Below, in pieces: positions 19,136-28,920 of a stretch of 57,886 nt of DNA (position 1 is the stretch's first letter; each line of letters opens with the position of its first letter). Origin of the DNA: an uncultured Mucilaginibacter sp. (GTDB taxonomy: Bacteria > Bacteroidota > Bacteroidia > Sphingobacteriales > Sphingobacteriaceae); contig CAZZVY010000001.1 in NCBI GenBank assembly GCA_964657585.1, positions 1-57,886 of the forward strand. Direction: 5' to 3'. The notes beneath the pieces are model-generated. The model did no database searches and was not told where the DNA came from. It saw only the letters and a program-made list of their open reading frames with translations. Made by a program: the position numbers and the translations under genes.

Positions 19136-19356
19136 CCATGAGACAATCAAATAAAATGATAACAGTAAATAACGACGCTAAACACGCCCACGTATCAAGG
19201 CTGATAGCCTATGCCGGGTTAATGCAAGATGCTGCCATTGAATGCTATGACCTTAAAACTTTCTTTAAGTATCACAAGATTTGTTTAAGGCTAATTGAGT
19301 ACAGGATTAATTTAATGAAAAGATCAAAATAAAGTTATGTTATTTCAAAAAGATAT

Positions 19357-19800
19357 TATCTTTGTATTGTTAAAAGTAGTCAGGGACGGCGACTTAGAGC
19401 AAGCATATCCGCGTATTCACAATAAAACTAAAGCGTATTCAAGTTCAGGCCAGCCGTCCAAATCTGCCTACTTGATGCGCTTTTTTTATTGTGTCATAAA
19501 TGAAAATATTTTATCCATGCCGAACATAGCCCGTACACAAATAAGCAGTGTACGGCTCCATAACACTTTAAAAAGAGCGTTCCCCGCCGAGGGTAGTAGT
19601 AAACTACCCTTATTGGTTAAGGGTATAATTACCGGCTGTAGAAATGACTTGTTTCAGCCGTTAGAACGAAGCGAAGGGGATAAACGACCGACGACCGTTG
19701 CTATAAATAAAAAATGGGTCACAAGACTTTTTAACGGGGTTACGGGGTTTTGTGACTTATTTTTTCACTTCTCTCAAAAAATTTCACTCCCTCGTACTGT
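19357..19800 (+). promoter_or_regulatory. Promoter plus long structured leader (ash/C4-like)
   Basis: TATCTTTG at 19357-19364; GGACGGC/GCCGTCC stem competing with a 19418-19444/19470-19493 stem; further hairpins up to about 19765. Confidence 0.5.
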
Positions 19801-19826
19801 TGGTTTTACTTTAATATTTTAAAAAT

Positions 19827-20057
19827 ATGGGAACAATAAAACTTGTAGGTAAAGAAAAAGAAAATTGCTTAAACAGCATGGCAGAGATAGCCTCTAAAAC
19901 ACTTGGTGTTTCAAAAGAACAAGCCCGTAAACGGGTTGAAGCACTTTTTGAGCAACCTTTTATGAAAGAAGTACCCGACAGCGGTCCGGAGGATGATCTT
20001 CATGCTATGTTTATTCAGATAAAAACGGAGCAGTTTATGAAACAACATATCGATTAA
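19827..20057 (+). CDS. Hypothetical protein
   Basis: ORF after the structured leader. Confidence 0.6.
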   Translation: MGTIKLVGKEKENCLNSMAEIASKTLGVSKEQARKRVEALFEQPFMKEVPDSGPEDDLHAMFIQIKTEQFMKQHID

Positions 20058-20227
20058 TCTGCACATGATAGTCCCGGAGAAAAACAAGCACATTATTAAA
20101 AACACCCCGAATCAGTTAAAGCGGTTAAGGGATGCAGGCAATAACGCGTCAAACAACTGGAACTGGCCTAATACTATGAGATTGGTTAACTTTAAAAGAA
20201 CGTTTAAACGATATAAATTTATTTGAT

Positions 20228-20686
20228 ATGACAGCAAGCGAATTAAGAATAGGAAATTGGGTGACCTCAACAATAAGCAATCACTCAATGCTAAATAATC
20301 ATCCAATTTTAGTAGAAACTATTTCCCATGAAGGTATAAATCATGGTTGGCAACCCGATGGTGAAGTTGTTGATAAATGCGAGACTTATTTAAATCTTAT
20401 CGGCATTTCCTTAACTGAAGAAATACTTTTGAAGTGTGGGTTTGAAAGGATAAATCATTTTACCGTTACAAATAGCTTAGTTTTTGACGTTGGAAGAGGA
20501 AGGTATTTATCAATCGGTGACGTAGGTTCTCCAAACGAAATGCTTTGGTTATGTACTTATAACGAACCCGGTACTAATGATATAATCAACCTATGGAATT
20601 ATGATTATGATGGTAAACTTTATCTTCACGCGCTACAAAACATTGCCCACTCTTTTACTAGCAAAAAACTCGAAATAAACTTATAA
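20228..20686 (+). CDS. Conserved Bacteroidota phage protein
   Basis: ELRIGNWV...I.LTEEILLKCGF...YLHALQN. Confidence 0.7.
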   Translation: MTASELRIGNWVTSTISNHSMLNNHPILVETISHEGINHGWQPDGEVVDKCETYLNLIGISLTEEILLKCGFERINHFTVTNSLVFDVGRGRYLSIGDVGSPNEMLWLCTYNEPGTNDIINLWNYDYDGKLYLHALQNIAHSFTSKKLEINL

Positions 20687-20688
20687 AA

Positions 20689-21027
20689 ATGAATAGGGAA
20701 ATAAAGTTTAGGGCTTGGCATAAAGACAGCGATATAATGTTTCATGTGCTTGCTATCGCGTTTCATTTTAAAAAAATAGTAGTTAAATGGCATGGAGTCG
20801 AAAAATCAATTAATGCTAATCAATTTGAGTTAATGCAATACACTGGCTTAAAGGATAACGATGGTGTTGATATTTATGAAGGCGATAAATGTCAAGATGG
20901 AGGCGTTGTAGTTTGGAATAGTGATAGCGCATCTTTTTGTATTGATTACCCAAATATTGAGTTAATGGATATGCATGATGTTTCTGAATGGATGGTAGTA
21001 ACAGGCAATCTATATCAAAATAGATAA
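20689..21027 (+). CDS. YopX-family protein
   Basis: REIKFRAW...LMQYTGLKD..G.DIYEGD...GNLYQN. Confidence 0.9.
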   Translation: MNREIKFRAWHKDSDIMFHVLAIAFHFKKIVVKWHGVEKSINANQFELMQYTGLKDNDGVDIYEGDKCQDGGVVVWNSDSASFCIDYPNIELMDMHDVSEWMVVTGNLYQNR

Positions 21028-21029
21028 CT

Positions 21030-21257
21030 ATGACAAAAGAATATAAAACCCTTATTGATAAAGGAGGAAAAGGACATGAGTTTTCAATAACCTTATTTAA
21101 GCTGCACAGTTTATTTGGCTTTAAGTTCTATAAGAAGCACGATACCAAATTAGGCAACTATCATTCAGTTAAAAAGAAAATAATTGACTGGATAGCCTTA
21201 TATGGCAAGATGCCAATTGAAAACAGGACAAGGGATATATTTCCTGGTTTATATTAA
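21030..21257 (+). CDS. Hypothetical protein
   Basis: ORF in operon. Confidence 0.55.
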   Translation: MTKEYKTLIDKGGKGHEFSITLFKLHSLFGFKFYKKHDTKLGNYHSVKKKIIDWIALYGKMPIENRTRDIFPGLY

Positions 21258-21267
21258 TCACTTAAAA

Positions 21268-21441
21268 ATGGAAAATAAAAAAATCAATACTTGCAGTCAA
21301 TGCAGTGAAGAGTTTGAAACTTGGGATAGATACGAAGATTGGGGCTATGGCGAAATAGGGTCTTATGAAGAAACCGAATTTTGCTCGGAGGAATGCTACC
21401 AAGAATGGCGAAGTGATAATAGACTTGAACTTTGTAATTAA
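21268..21441 (+). CDS. Small Zn-finger-like protein
   Basis: CSQC...FCSEEC; start reassigned to MENKK. Confidence 0.5.
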   Translation: MENKKINTCSQCSEEFETWDRYEDWGYGEIGSYEETEFCSEECYQEWRSDNRLELCN

Positions 21442-21701
21442 TCGTTATCAATATGAATATTTATTTTCCTTTTAAAAGTCGGTGCTATATGCGTTTTTCT
21501 AAGTTGTTTACAATAGGAAAATATACGTTTCGGTTGGGTATATTTAATGTTACAAATAAGAACCATAAAACCCCTTTTAAACAAGTATGGAATTTATTTG
21601 GCATAGAATTAACGATACATTTAAAATCAACCAAACCTATTTATACAATAATAAAGTATAAGCGTTAACCGCTATATCAAAAACACTTAAAGTAAGTAAA
21701 A

Positions 21702-21995
21702 ATGGAAAATAAATTTACGCCGGCGCCGTGGGTGCTTGAATCAACGGGTAACGGATGGTACAGGATAAAAGGAAGCCCATTAGGCCCTATGGATGAATCA
21801 CAAGCCAACGCCCACCTAATAGCCGCCGCGCCTGATTTATTGGCAGCATTGCAAGACCTATGGCCATTAGCTACTAATGCTTTTGGCGAATTAAGTATTG
21901 ATGAAGTAACAGCAGACCCGATACTCAACCAGCTAAGTATCGCTATTGATAAATCCAAAACCGCCATATCAAAAGCACTTAATCTTAAAAAGTAA
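21702..21995 (+). CDS. Conserved phage protein
   Basis: TPAPW...ANAHLIAAAPDLLAAL. Confidence 0.75.
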   Translation: MENKFTPAPWVLESTGNGWYRIKGSPLGPMDESQANAHLIAAAPDLLAALQDLWPLATNAFGELSIDEVTADPILNQLSIAIDKSKTAISKALNLKK

Positions 21996-22000
21996 AGATT

Positions 22001-22345
22001 ATGAAATATTTAGAACGGGAATTTAAGGAATGGGATAGAAAAACCCCAGTATATAGCGAGCGTTTAGATCAATACTTTATGACAGTTGATGAACTTTCAG
22101 ATTATTGTTATGATGCTGAATTAACTGATGATGAAGAAGGCACTTTTCTAAAATTAATTATCTGCGATCCTAATTATTTATGGCAACTTGATTTTAATGA
22201 CATTTATTGCGATATACTACCTGAGGATATAAACATTGATGATGTATCATCAAAAGAATTAACGGAAGCTATGAATGCCTTTAATAAATCTATAGCCAAA
22301 CAGAAACCAGTTAGTTGGTCACCGGGGAAATATAGAACAATTTAA
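22001..22345 (+). CDS. Hypothetical acidic protein
   Basis: ORF in operon. Confidence 0.65.
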   Translation: MKYLEREFKEWDRKTPVYSERLDQYFMTVDELSDYCYDAELTDDEEGTFLKLIICDPNYLWQLDFNDIYCDILPEDINIDDVSSKELTEAMNAFNKSIAKQKPVSWSPGKYRTI

Positions 22346-22445
22346 CCATTAACCGTGAGAAGAAAATGGACTTATTAACTTTAATAATCATCCTCGTTGT
22401 AGCTAACGGTGGGGTATGGGTGTTTAACCATAAAAATGTTGAGAA

Positions 22446-22775
22446 ATGAAAATTACAGTTGAAGTATTACCTGAAAGCGACCACATGCGAGCAATTTATG
22501 CCTTGATGGATAGGACGGTATTTAAAGAAATTGACAGGGTTGTTACTGGCGGTCACATGAGTGCAGTTATGCTTGTTATTACCTTTCAAGGTAACGGTCA
22601 AGAGTTTAATATGCTTAAAAACTCCATCTATGTGGAGATGCCGTTTAATGATAAGTCTAAAATGTATTATAGCCTTACTTGTTTAAACGGTAAAAATGCC
22701 AAAAGCGTAGAGGAATTTATAGACTACCTTAATCAGCAAGTAATGACTAAGCCAGAAATTAAATACTTCAATTAA
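22446..22775 (+). CDS. Hypothetical protein
   Basis: ORF in operon. Confidence 0.6.
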   Translation: MKITVEVLPESDHMRAIYALMDRTVFKEIDRVVTGGHMSAVMLVITFQGNGQEFNMLKNSIYVEMPFNDKSKMYYSLTCLNGKNAKSVEEFIDYLNQQVMTKPEIKYFN

Positions 22776-22778
22776 CAA

Positions 22779-23066
22779 ATGAAAACCGCAAAAGAAATTC
22801 TAAAAGACTTTAAGAAGAACTCATTCTCAACTACGTTGTCAGATGCTGAAATTGAGGATTGTATGATTATTTACGCCGATCAATTAAAACAAAAGTGGAT
22901 TAGCGTTAAGGATGGGTTGCCTGATAGCGATAATTTTTACCGGGTGTTAATAGACGGAATCCCTACCATACTTCCATATTGTATTTATAACGGTAAGTGG
23001 TGGTGCTACGGCGAATCACACCCGACAACAAATAGCGTAACTCACTTTTTACCGTTTACTGTATGA
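22779..23066 (+). CDS. DUF551-like protein
   Basis: WISVKDGLP...VTHFLP. Confidence 0.7.
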   Translation: MKTAKEILKDFKKNSFSTTLSDAEIEDCMIIYADQLKQKWISVKDGLPDSDNFYRVLIDGIPTILPYCIYNGKWWCYGESHPTTNSVTHFLPFTV

Positions 23067-23398
23067 AAGAATATAAATTACCAAAAGAGTTTGCAACTAA
23101 GTGGGTAGAGGCTTTGAGAAGTGGGGAGTATAAACAGGGAGTGTCAGATTTAAAAAGCTCATTGGGTTATTGCTGTTTGGGAATAGCCTGTAAAATACAA
23201 GGAATATCCGATAAAGAGATGTTCGGTAAGGCATACCCAAAAGATATAACACAGCGTTTACATGCTAATATTCCGCCAATGTTATTGGAGGGGGCAGTAA
23301 CTCTTAAACTTATAGTTACGTTGGCTAAAATGAATGATGGGGGTACTTCATTCCCTGAAATAGCCGATTGGATAGAAGAAAATGTAGAATTTGTTTAA
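23063..23398 (+). CDS. Conserved phage protein
   Basis: KWVEALRSGEYKQG...YCCLG...MND...SFPEIADWIE. Confidence 0.75.
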   Translation: MKEYKLPKEFATKWVEALRSGEYKQGVSDLKSSLGYCCLGIACKIQGISDKEMFGKAYPKDITQRLHANIPPMLLEGAVTLKLIVTLAKMNDGGTSFPEIADWIEENVEFV

Positions 23399-23510
23399 CA
23401 ATTAAAAACAGGAGGTAACATGAAATACTAAGGTAGTTTTGAAACTTATCCGTCAACCCAACGTTATACGACTTGGGATTTGGCGGTAAAAAATATTAAC
23501 AATTTAAAAA

Positions 23511-23693
23511 ATGAAAAGACCGGGATTTTTAAGAATATTATCAGCAGTATGTTTATCTTACATGGTTGCATTTTTAATTGATATTGGAAATACCTTTGTT
23601 AATAAAAAATGGGATACCGCTGCTGAATTGATTATGGGAATATTTATACCAATTTTTTCATTTATAATTTGCGGTGTTTTCGACAAAAAGTAA
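23511..23693 (+). CDS. Small 2-TM membrane protein
   Basis: Two hydrophobic segments. Confidence 0.55.
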   Translation: MKRPGFLRILSAVCLSYMVAFLIDIGNTFVNKKWDTAAELIMGIFIPIFSFIICGVFDKK

Positions 23694-23728
23694 CAATTTT
23701 AATTCACATAATTTAAAAAACAAAAAAA

Positions 23729-24385
23729 ATGTCAACAACTCAAACATCTTGGCTAAGTAATCTCTTAGCTAAAATCGGATCATGGTTCTCCACAGCAACC
23801 ACAGAAACACATGACTTCGCTGTAATAGCGGATAACCTCGCTAACACCGTTAAGACGGTCGAGGCTTCAACCGTAGGTCAGGTATTTGAAACAACCCTTG
23901 AAATGATTATCCCGGCCTCTACTGGGCTCGTAAACGCATTTAAACTGTACTGGCCGAAGCTTATTACCACTTTAAACCTTGCGGTCGCTGAAACAGGTAA
24001 ATCAGACACACAGATCGTTGTTGACGGCGCAGGTGCATTGAATAAAATGAAAGGTATCGATCCCAATGCATACGCAACTACAGTTACCGGCATTGCTGCC
24101 AACATTAAACAATGGTTAATGGATAATACTGGGAGTGGCGGCACAATACAGCAGGGTATCATAACACAGGTTATCGCCCACGATCCAAGTTTGGCTACTA
24201 TTATTGGTAAGCCGGTTGTGGCAACCTCAACATCTGCGCCTGTAAACGCAGTAGACGACGCTCCATATAAAATTAACAATATCCCCGCGCCGGTTGATAA
24301 TAACCCGCCATTGGAAGCACCTGTAGTAAACCCCGTATCCACAGCGTACGTTGCCACGCAGGATGGAATGAATCAGCCGGGGTGA
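23729..24385 (+). CDS. Hypothetical Ala/Thr-rich protein with Pro/Val-rich tail
   Basis: Long ORF with an A-rich leader. Confidence 0.75.
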   Translation: MSTTQTSWLSNLLAKIGSWFSTATTETHDFAVIADNLANTVKTVEASTVGQVFETTLEMIIPASTGLVNAFKLYWPKLITTLNLAVAETGKSDTQIVVDGAGALNKMKGIDPNAYATTVTGIAANIKQWLMDNTGSGGTIQQGIITQVIAHDPSLATIIGKPVVATSTSAPVNAVDDAPYKINNIPAPVDNNPPLEAPVVNPVSTAYVATQDGMNQPG

Positions 24386-24692
24386 CTATACAGAGTGTCA
24401 CAGTGGTTTAGTAAGCTATTGTTTACTTTAAAACACGGTGCGCCGTAATTAAAAATTAAAATTAAGGAGGTTTTTATATGGTATGTACACTTTTAATCGG
24501 ATTGGTTTTATTGCTTACTCTAAATATATATTTTCAGCAGCAAAGGATTAAGCACCTTAATGAAATTATCGAAAGCTATCGTAAGGATATTAAAGACATC
24601 CATATAATACTGGATGAATTTATAAAAAATCCTTACCATTGACAGATATTTTAGTTGGTTAGAATAGCCCTCAAATGACAATCGGTCAGGGG

Positions 24693-24728
24693 AAGCGGCA
24701 GGGAGTGATTAACCTGCCGCTTTTTTTT
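24693..24728 (+). terminator. Terminator at the convergence of the early and late blocks
   Basis: GCGGCAGG-N10-CCTGCCGC followed by T8. Confidence 0.8.
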
Positions 24729-25029
24729 AATTAGTTGGTGATTCAGGTGCCGGATTGGTAACATTAACATTGGTAGTATCTGCATTCGTAGTAACTGTTG
24801 CATCAGCCTTCTTTGGCGTAGATGATCCGCCGAAATAAACACCACTGACCGAACCGAGCAGCGTTCCACCTATTAAACCTATTATTAGGGTTAATATTTC
24901 AGTATGACTTCCCCACATATATAAGATATAGCTAAGCATGGCTATTGATCCAATTGTAAATATGTAAGCAATATTTGACCTTGTCTTTTCTGCTAATGGG
25001 TCTGTAGCTGGTTGTATTTGATCTGCCAT
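24727..25029 (-). CDS. Holin-like 2-TM protein
   Basis: Two TM helices, YFGGS motif, close to the endolysin gene. Confidence 0.55.
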   Translation of the reverse strand: MADQIQPATDPLAEKTRSNIAYIFTIGSIAMLSYILYMWGSHTEILTLIIGLIGGTLLGSVSGVYFGGSSTPKKADATVTTNADTTNVNVTNPAPESPTN

Positions 25030-25309
25030 ATCTTTTTTTATTTAAAGGTAGGAAAAATCTTTATAAAATAACAAATGTCCTCAAACTCGCTTTTTGGACT
25101 TTTGTTTCATTCATGTTTTCGACGCTTGAATGTCTGATAAATTATTGGCATTTGGATGCCGGTGTAAATGTACAAAAAATGTCTACCACATCAACAAGGC
25201 ATTTTTATTAGGCGGCTTAACCCTTTGAAGTTTATTTTTCTTACTTCTTTTGGCTTTAATAGAATGAAATCCACAAACACAATCTTTCTTTGATCTGTTT
25301 TGCGGGTCT

Positions 25310-25513
25310 TTACAATTTGACATTATTGCTGCTTTCATTGATTCGCTGCATTACTTTTTCAAGCATTGATTCTTGTAACTCAATTGGAAAATTTATATCA
25401 GGATTGCCAATTGCTTCAAAATACTCAACCTGCTGTATTGTTTCAGGGAACAAAAATCCTAATGCTCTTAAACCTGATTCTATTTGTTTGTCTGTCATAC
25501 TTATATAATCCAT
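25310..25513 (-). CDS. Hypothetical protein
   Basis: ORF in the lysis region. Confidence 0.5.
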   Translation of the reverse strand: MDYISMTDKQIESGLRALGFLFPETIQQVEYFEAIGNPDINFPIELQESMLEKVMQRINESSNNVKL

Positions 25514-25528
25514 AAGCGTGACATTTTT

Positions 25529-26083
25529 TTATTCGCTTAAAACTAACGGCTCATAACTTTCCAAAACATAAACAAACCTGTCCAAATTCAATCCCAATGA
25601 TGAATGTGGCAATCCAATGGTATGCGTATGCGCGGCAACAGTCCAACCCTCGCGTATATCAGGTTGAGCAGGTGAAGATGTATTTCCCTCTACAGATGTG
25701 AATTGATTTCCGTTTATCGAAACCACGATACCGGTATGGCCTTCTGTAAAGCTATTTCCAGCCTGCCATACGACTATTGCGCCCAACTTAGGTATATTGG
25801 TAGACGTTTTCCAAACGGGGTCATTATGGAAGTTATTAGCCATTTGCTGGCTGTTTAACGATTGCAGGTGTTTAACCTTTGCCAATATATCAGGCCGGTT
25901 CTGATAACCCTTATACCAGTCAAGGATTGCGGCAGCCGCGCACCATTCATCCCCAGGCTCCCACCCGGTTGTACTAATATCTTTTTGGTACGGTTGATTG
26001 GTAAAACCTAAGTTTGGTTGTTTTTCTGTGATGTTAGCTGCTGCGTATGCGTTTGCTACTGCTACTATTTGTTCGTATATCAT
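25529..26083 (-). CDS. CHAP-domain endolysin
   Basis: EWCAA (catalytic Cys), P.LGAIVVW, GHTGIV (His), VEGN. Confidence 0.85.
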   Translation of the reverse strand: MIYEQIVAVANAYAAANITEKQPNLGFTNQPYQKDISTTGWEPGDEWCAAAAILDWYKGYQNRPDILAKVKHLQSLNSQQMANNFHNDPVWKTSTNIPKLGAIVVWQAGNSFTEGHTGIVVSINGNQFTSVEGNTSSPAQPDIREGWTVAAHTHTIGLPHSSLGLNLDRFVYVLESYEPLVLSE

Positions 26084-26435
26084 TGCAATATAAATTTATC
26101 AAGTATGTTTTGCGGTAATTGTTTTAAATTGGTTTGGTCGGAACTTCCGAAGAAGCCTGTAGTCCCAAAGATATAAGGGCCCTCGTCTGCGTTGTCGTAA
26201 TGGATGTGGTAGGTTCTGCCGTCATAGAAGTTATAATCAGCCTCATCAACTATACAAAGCAGTTTACCCTCTTTTAAAGTGGCAATGTCAATTAATTGGC
26301 CGGAGGTTGATTTAATGGTTAGCATTTTTACCAAGTATCACCGCCGTTACTTTTTATCACTATAATATCCATAACCCAAATATAATGTTTTTACTTTATT
26401 ACCGCCCAACCTAACTTAATAATCTCATCGGTGGA

Positions 26436-26645
26436 TTAATCAGCTATTTTACGGTTACACCAGTCTTTCATCTCCAGTGCTGTTTTGAACGCAGATTCTA
26501 ATTTATCATTAGGGCACGTTTCAAAATTCAATTTAATCCACTCCAAAACTGTAGCCGTTGAAGTATAATCTTGTGCCCTTAATACAAATAATGGTTCGTC
26601 ATCTCCTGCATTTTTAATGCATTTGCTTGTGTGTTTAGTTGCCAT
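26436..26645 (-). CDS. Conserved phage protein
   Basis: DEPLFVLRAQD motif; own TATCTTTG box at 26677-26684. Confidence 0.7.
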   Translation of the reverse strand: MATKHTSKCIKNAGDDEPLFVLRAQDYTSTATVLEWIKLNFETCPNDKLESAFKTALEMKDWCNRKIAD

Positions 26646-26694
26646 AATTATTATCCCGGTTTAATACCCGGCTTGACAAAGATAAAAATAAATA

Positions 26695-26725
26695 TTTGTA
26701 ATTGTGAAGTTTATTTGTACATTTG
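26695..26725 (+). promoter_or_regulatory. Bacteroidota housekeeping-sigma promoter
   Basis: TTTG-N19-TACATTTG. Confidence 0.75.
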
Positions 26726-26728
26726 TGA

Positions 26729-26953
26729 ATGAAATTAAATGTAACAAAACTTTTCAATGCTATAAAAGCAAAGAAATTTGGGCGAACTCTTGAAGAAAGT
26801 AAACTCCTAACAGATGCTGAAATTTCAAAGGAAATAGGAATTACACCATCGATATTGAGTAAAATAAATAAAGGACAAACAGATATAAGCTTAAAAAGCT
26901 ATGGCGAAATTTGCGACTGGCTTGGGGCTAATTCAAGTGAGTTTTTTTATTAA
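26729..26953 (+). CDS. XRE/Cro-like HTH regulator
   Basis: ISKEIGITPSILSKINKG...ICDWLG. Confidence 0.8.
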   Translation: MKLNVTKLFNAIKAKKFGRTLEESKLLTDAEISKEIGITPSILSKINKGQTDISLKSYGEICDWLGANSSEFFY

Positions 26954-27003
26954 CAAACCAAAATATTACCGGTAATGTATCCGGTGAGAAAAATTAAGTA
27001 TTT

Positions 27004-27351
27004 ATGAGAATTAAAGAACAAGTCTGCACATTATCTCAAGCTAAAAAACTGAAACAACTTGGCGTTATACAAGGTCTGTCGCATATTTATATTTACTTTG
27101 GCGATACAGGTACTAATTGCGATCACTATATTGTTAGGGAAAGAACAACCGATTATGGTGATGATTTATGCGTAGACGCTTTTACTGTTGCCGAATTAGG
27201 CGTTTTGCTTGGTGAATATGGATTAACTGTTCATAAACCAACCATAGGTAGAAACGAGGCAAGAGATAGGGCTGATGATTTAATTCACATGCTTGAAATA
27301 GGAGAATTAATCGTTGATTCTTGTAATGAGAGACTTATGCGGGCAATTTAA
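27004..27351 (+). CDS. Conserved Bacteroidota phage protein
   Basis: QVCTL.QAKKLK.LG...AFTVAELG..L. Confidence 0.65.
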   Translation: MRIKEQVCTLSQAKKLKQLGVIQGLSHIYIYFGDTGTNCDHYIVRERTTDYGDDLCVDAFTVAELGVLLGEYGLTVHKPTIGRNEARDRADDLIHMLEIGELIVDSCNERLMRAI

Positions 27352-27444
27352 TTCATTTAACCATACTTCTCCAAAAAGCAATAGCAAGCGCACCGGTGAC
27401 TATCATCAGAATAACAGCATCTTTTTTTGATGTTTTGCGTAGTG

Positions 27445-27753
27445 TCACTTCTCTTTATCTTTCTTTATTTCGCTCATTTTCTTGTAAAATTCATACATTT
27501 CAAGAGCGGCCCCTAAGAGTATACCTAACTGGGGATAACCTACACAGGATGCTAATGCTATTCCAATCATAGCCATACCAACACGTAGGTAGGTAAGGAA
27601 TTTAACAAGGTCAGGTTTAAAGATGTTTACTACCAAATCAAAACTTGTAATCCATACCATCAAAAACATCGTTACAGCAACGCCTGCCATAATCTTCTGT
27701 AATGACGTAATGTTTTTTACAAACTTTGGTTCTTCGGGTATAGGCTTGGTCAT
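27445..27753 (-). CDS. Membrane protein, holin candidate
   Basis: 2-3 TM segments and a charged C-terminus. Confidence 0.5.
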   Translation of the reverse strand: MTKPIPEEPKFVKNITSLQKIMAGVAVTMFLMVWITSFDLVVNIFKPDLVKFLTYLRVGMAMIGIALASCVGYPQLGILLGAALEMYEFYKKMSEIKKDKEK

Positions 27754-28364
27754 TACGCATTATTGGCAAAGTTAATGTACAAGGTATTCATTTTTTTATA
27801 TAAAATCCTTATAGCTATATAACCCGCAATAATACAAATTATCATTATGACACCTGCGGCAAGCAATATATTAGCTAATTGGTTTAGGTTATTTATTTGT
27901 TTAGCATTTCTTGCTACCTGGTTTTTTTGCACTTCACTATAATTCTTTTCAAGGTCAAAATACTCTCTATCCTTCCTTGCGTTTACGATATTAAAGCTGT
28001 CGGTGCGTTTAATTGATCTTACCCGCATGTTAATCAACATATCCGTAAGGGCTGCTATGCTTTCGTCTTGCTTCCGCATTCCTTTAGCCTGGTTAGCTAT
28101 AATAGCATTCAATTTAATAAATTCAGGTGAAAAATATTTATCGTAGTTGTACTTATAATACTTATCCAATAGTGCCTGTCTTTGAGTTGGCGTTAATGTA
28201 GTTTGTTTGTTGGTATCCGGCTTTGCCTGTGGCGGCGAGGGCATATATATACCAAAAAGAAACTTTTCCGCTAAAGGCGGCTTAACGAGGTTATGCGAAC
28301 AACTTATAAAGCACATTAAAGAAATTCCGGATAACCATTTAATTGATGATGTTGCTTTGTTCAT
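27753..28364 (-). CDS. Lipoprotein with C-terminal TM helix, spanin candidate
   Basis: FISC lipobox, Pro-rich linker, coiled coil, C-terminal TMD. Confidence 0.5.
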   Translation of the reverse strand: MNKATSSIKWLSGISLMCFISCSHNLVKPPLAEKFLFGIYMPSPPQAKPDTNKQTTLTPTQRQALLDKYYKYNYDKYFSPEFIKLNAIIANQAKGMRKQDESIAALTDMLINMRVRSIKRTDSFNIVNARKDREYFDLEKNYSEVQKNQVARNAKQINNLNQLANILLAAGVIMIICIIAGYIAIRILYKKMNTLYINFANNA

Positions 28365-28747
28365 GATTCGGCTATTTTTTCTTTATTGAGATAAATATAT
28401 AAAACAACAACAATAGCCATACCGTAAAAAATGTATCTGATAAAATTACCGGCTATTATAGCTATATCAATAGCGTTAACAGGTAAAAACGGGTAAATTA
28501 ACGCTGCAGGATAAATTAATGAAAAACAAATAACCGCTTTTCTTATTTTATTGAGTGCCCGATTTACCTCAACAACATAAGCAATTGACCCAATAGTTAA
28601 ACAGGAAAACATTACCCTCAAATTATCAATCTGAATATAACTTAACCCATCGTCTCCTCCACGCATCAAAGAAGTGAATATCAGCTGCATTATACAAAAC
28701 GCAACTGATATAAAGATAACATGTTTTTTTAAGAGCATGGCACCCAT
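28361..28747 (-). CDS. 4-TM membrane protein
   Basis: Four hydrophobic segments. Confidence 0.65.
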   Translation of the reverse strand: MGAMLLKKHVIFISVAFCIMQLIFTSLMRGGDDGLSYIQIDNLRVMFSCLTIGSIAYVVEVNRALNKIRKAVICFSLIYPAALIYPFLPVNAIDIAIIAGNFIRYIFYGMAIVVVLYIYLNKEKIAES

Positions 28748-28896
28748 ACATTAGCTACGCATGTACCGCAGCCGGTTTGCCCACCGCAGCCTTCAAGGTC
28801 TGTTTCCGTGTCAAGTTTGGCGTATTTCGCCAGCGCGATAGCTGCTTCAATTACTTCTTCTTTAGAAAGGGTTGCTAATTTTTCCTGTAAGTTCAT
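28729..28896 (-). CDS. 55-aa peptide with double-Gly-like leader and Cys-rich tail, not in the ORF track
   Basis: MNLQEKLATLSKEEVIEAAIALAKYAKLDTETDLEGCGGQTGCGTCVANVWVPCS; A-rich leader; fills the intergenic gap. Confidence 0.65.
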   Translation of the reverse strand: MNLQEKLATLSKEEVIEAAIALAKYAKLDTETDLEGCGGQTGCGTCVANVWVPCS

Positions 28897-28920
28897 GATA
28901 TTGTTGTTTTTAAATTGTGA

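Noticed and set aside
19337-19822. 161-aa ORF as a real gene
   Set aside because: It starts upstream of the promoter box and overlies dense RNA stems; a shorter ash-like peptide is not excluded
15349-23392. 44-bp repeat as att sites or terminal repeats (the copies are exactly 8000 bp apart)
   Set aside because: Both copies encode the same protein C-terminus, so paralogy explains them; the round spacing is treated as coincidence
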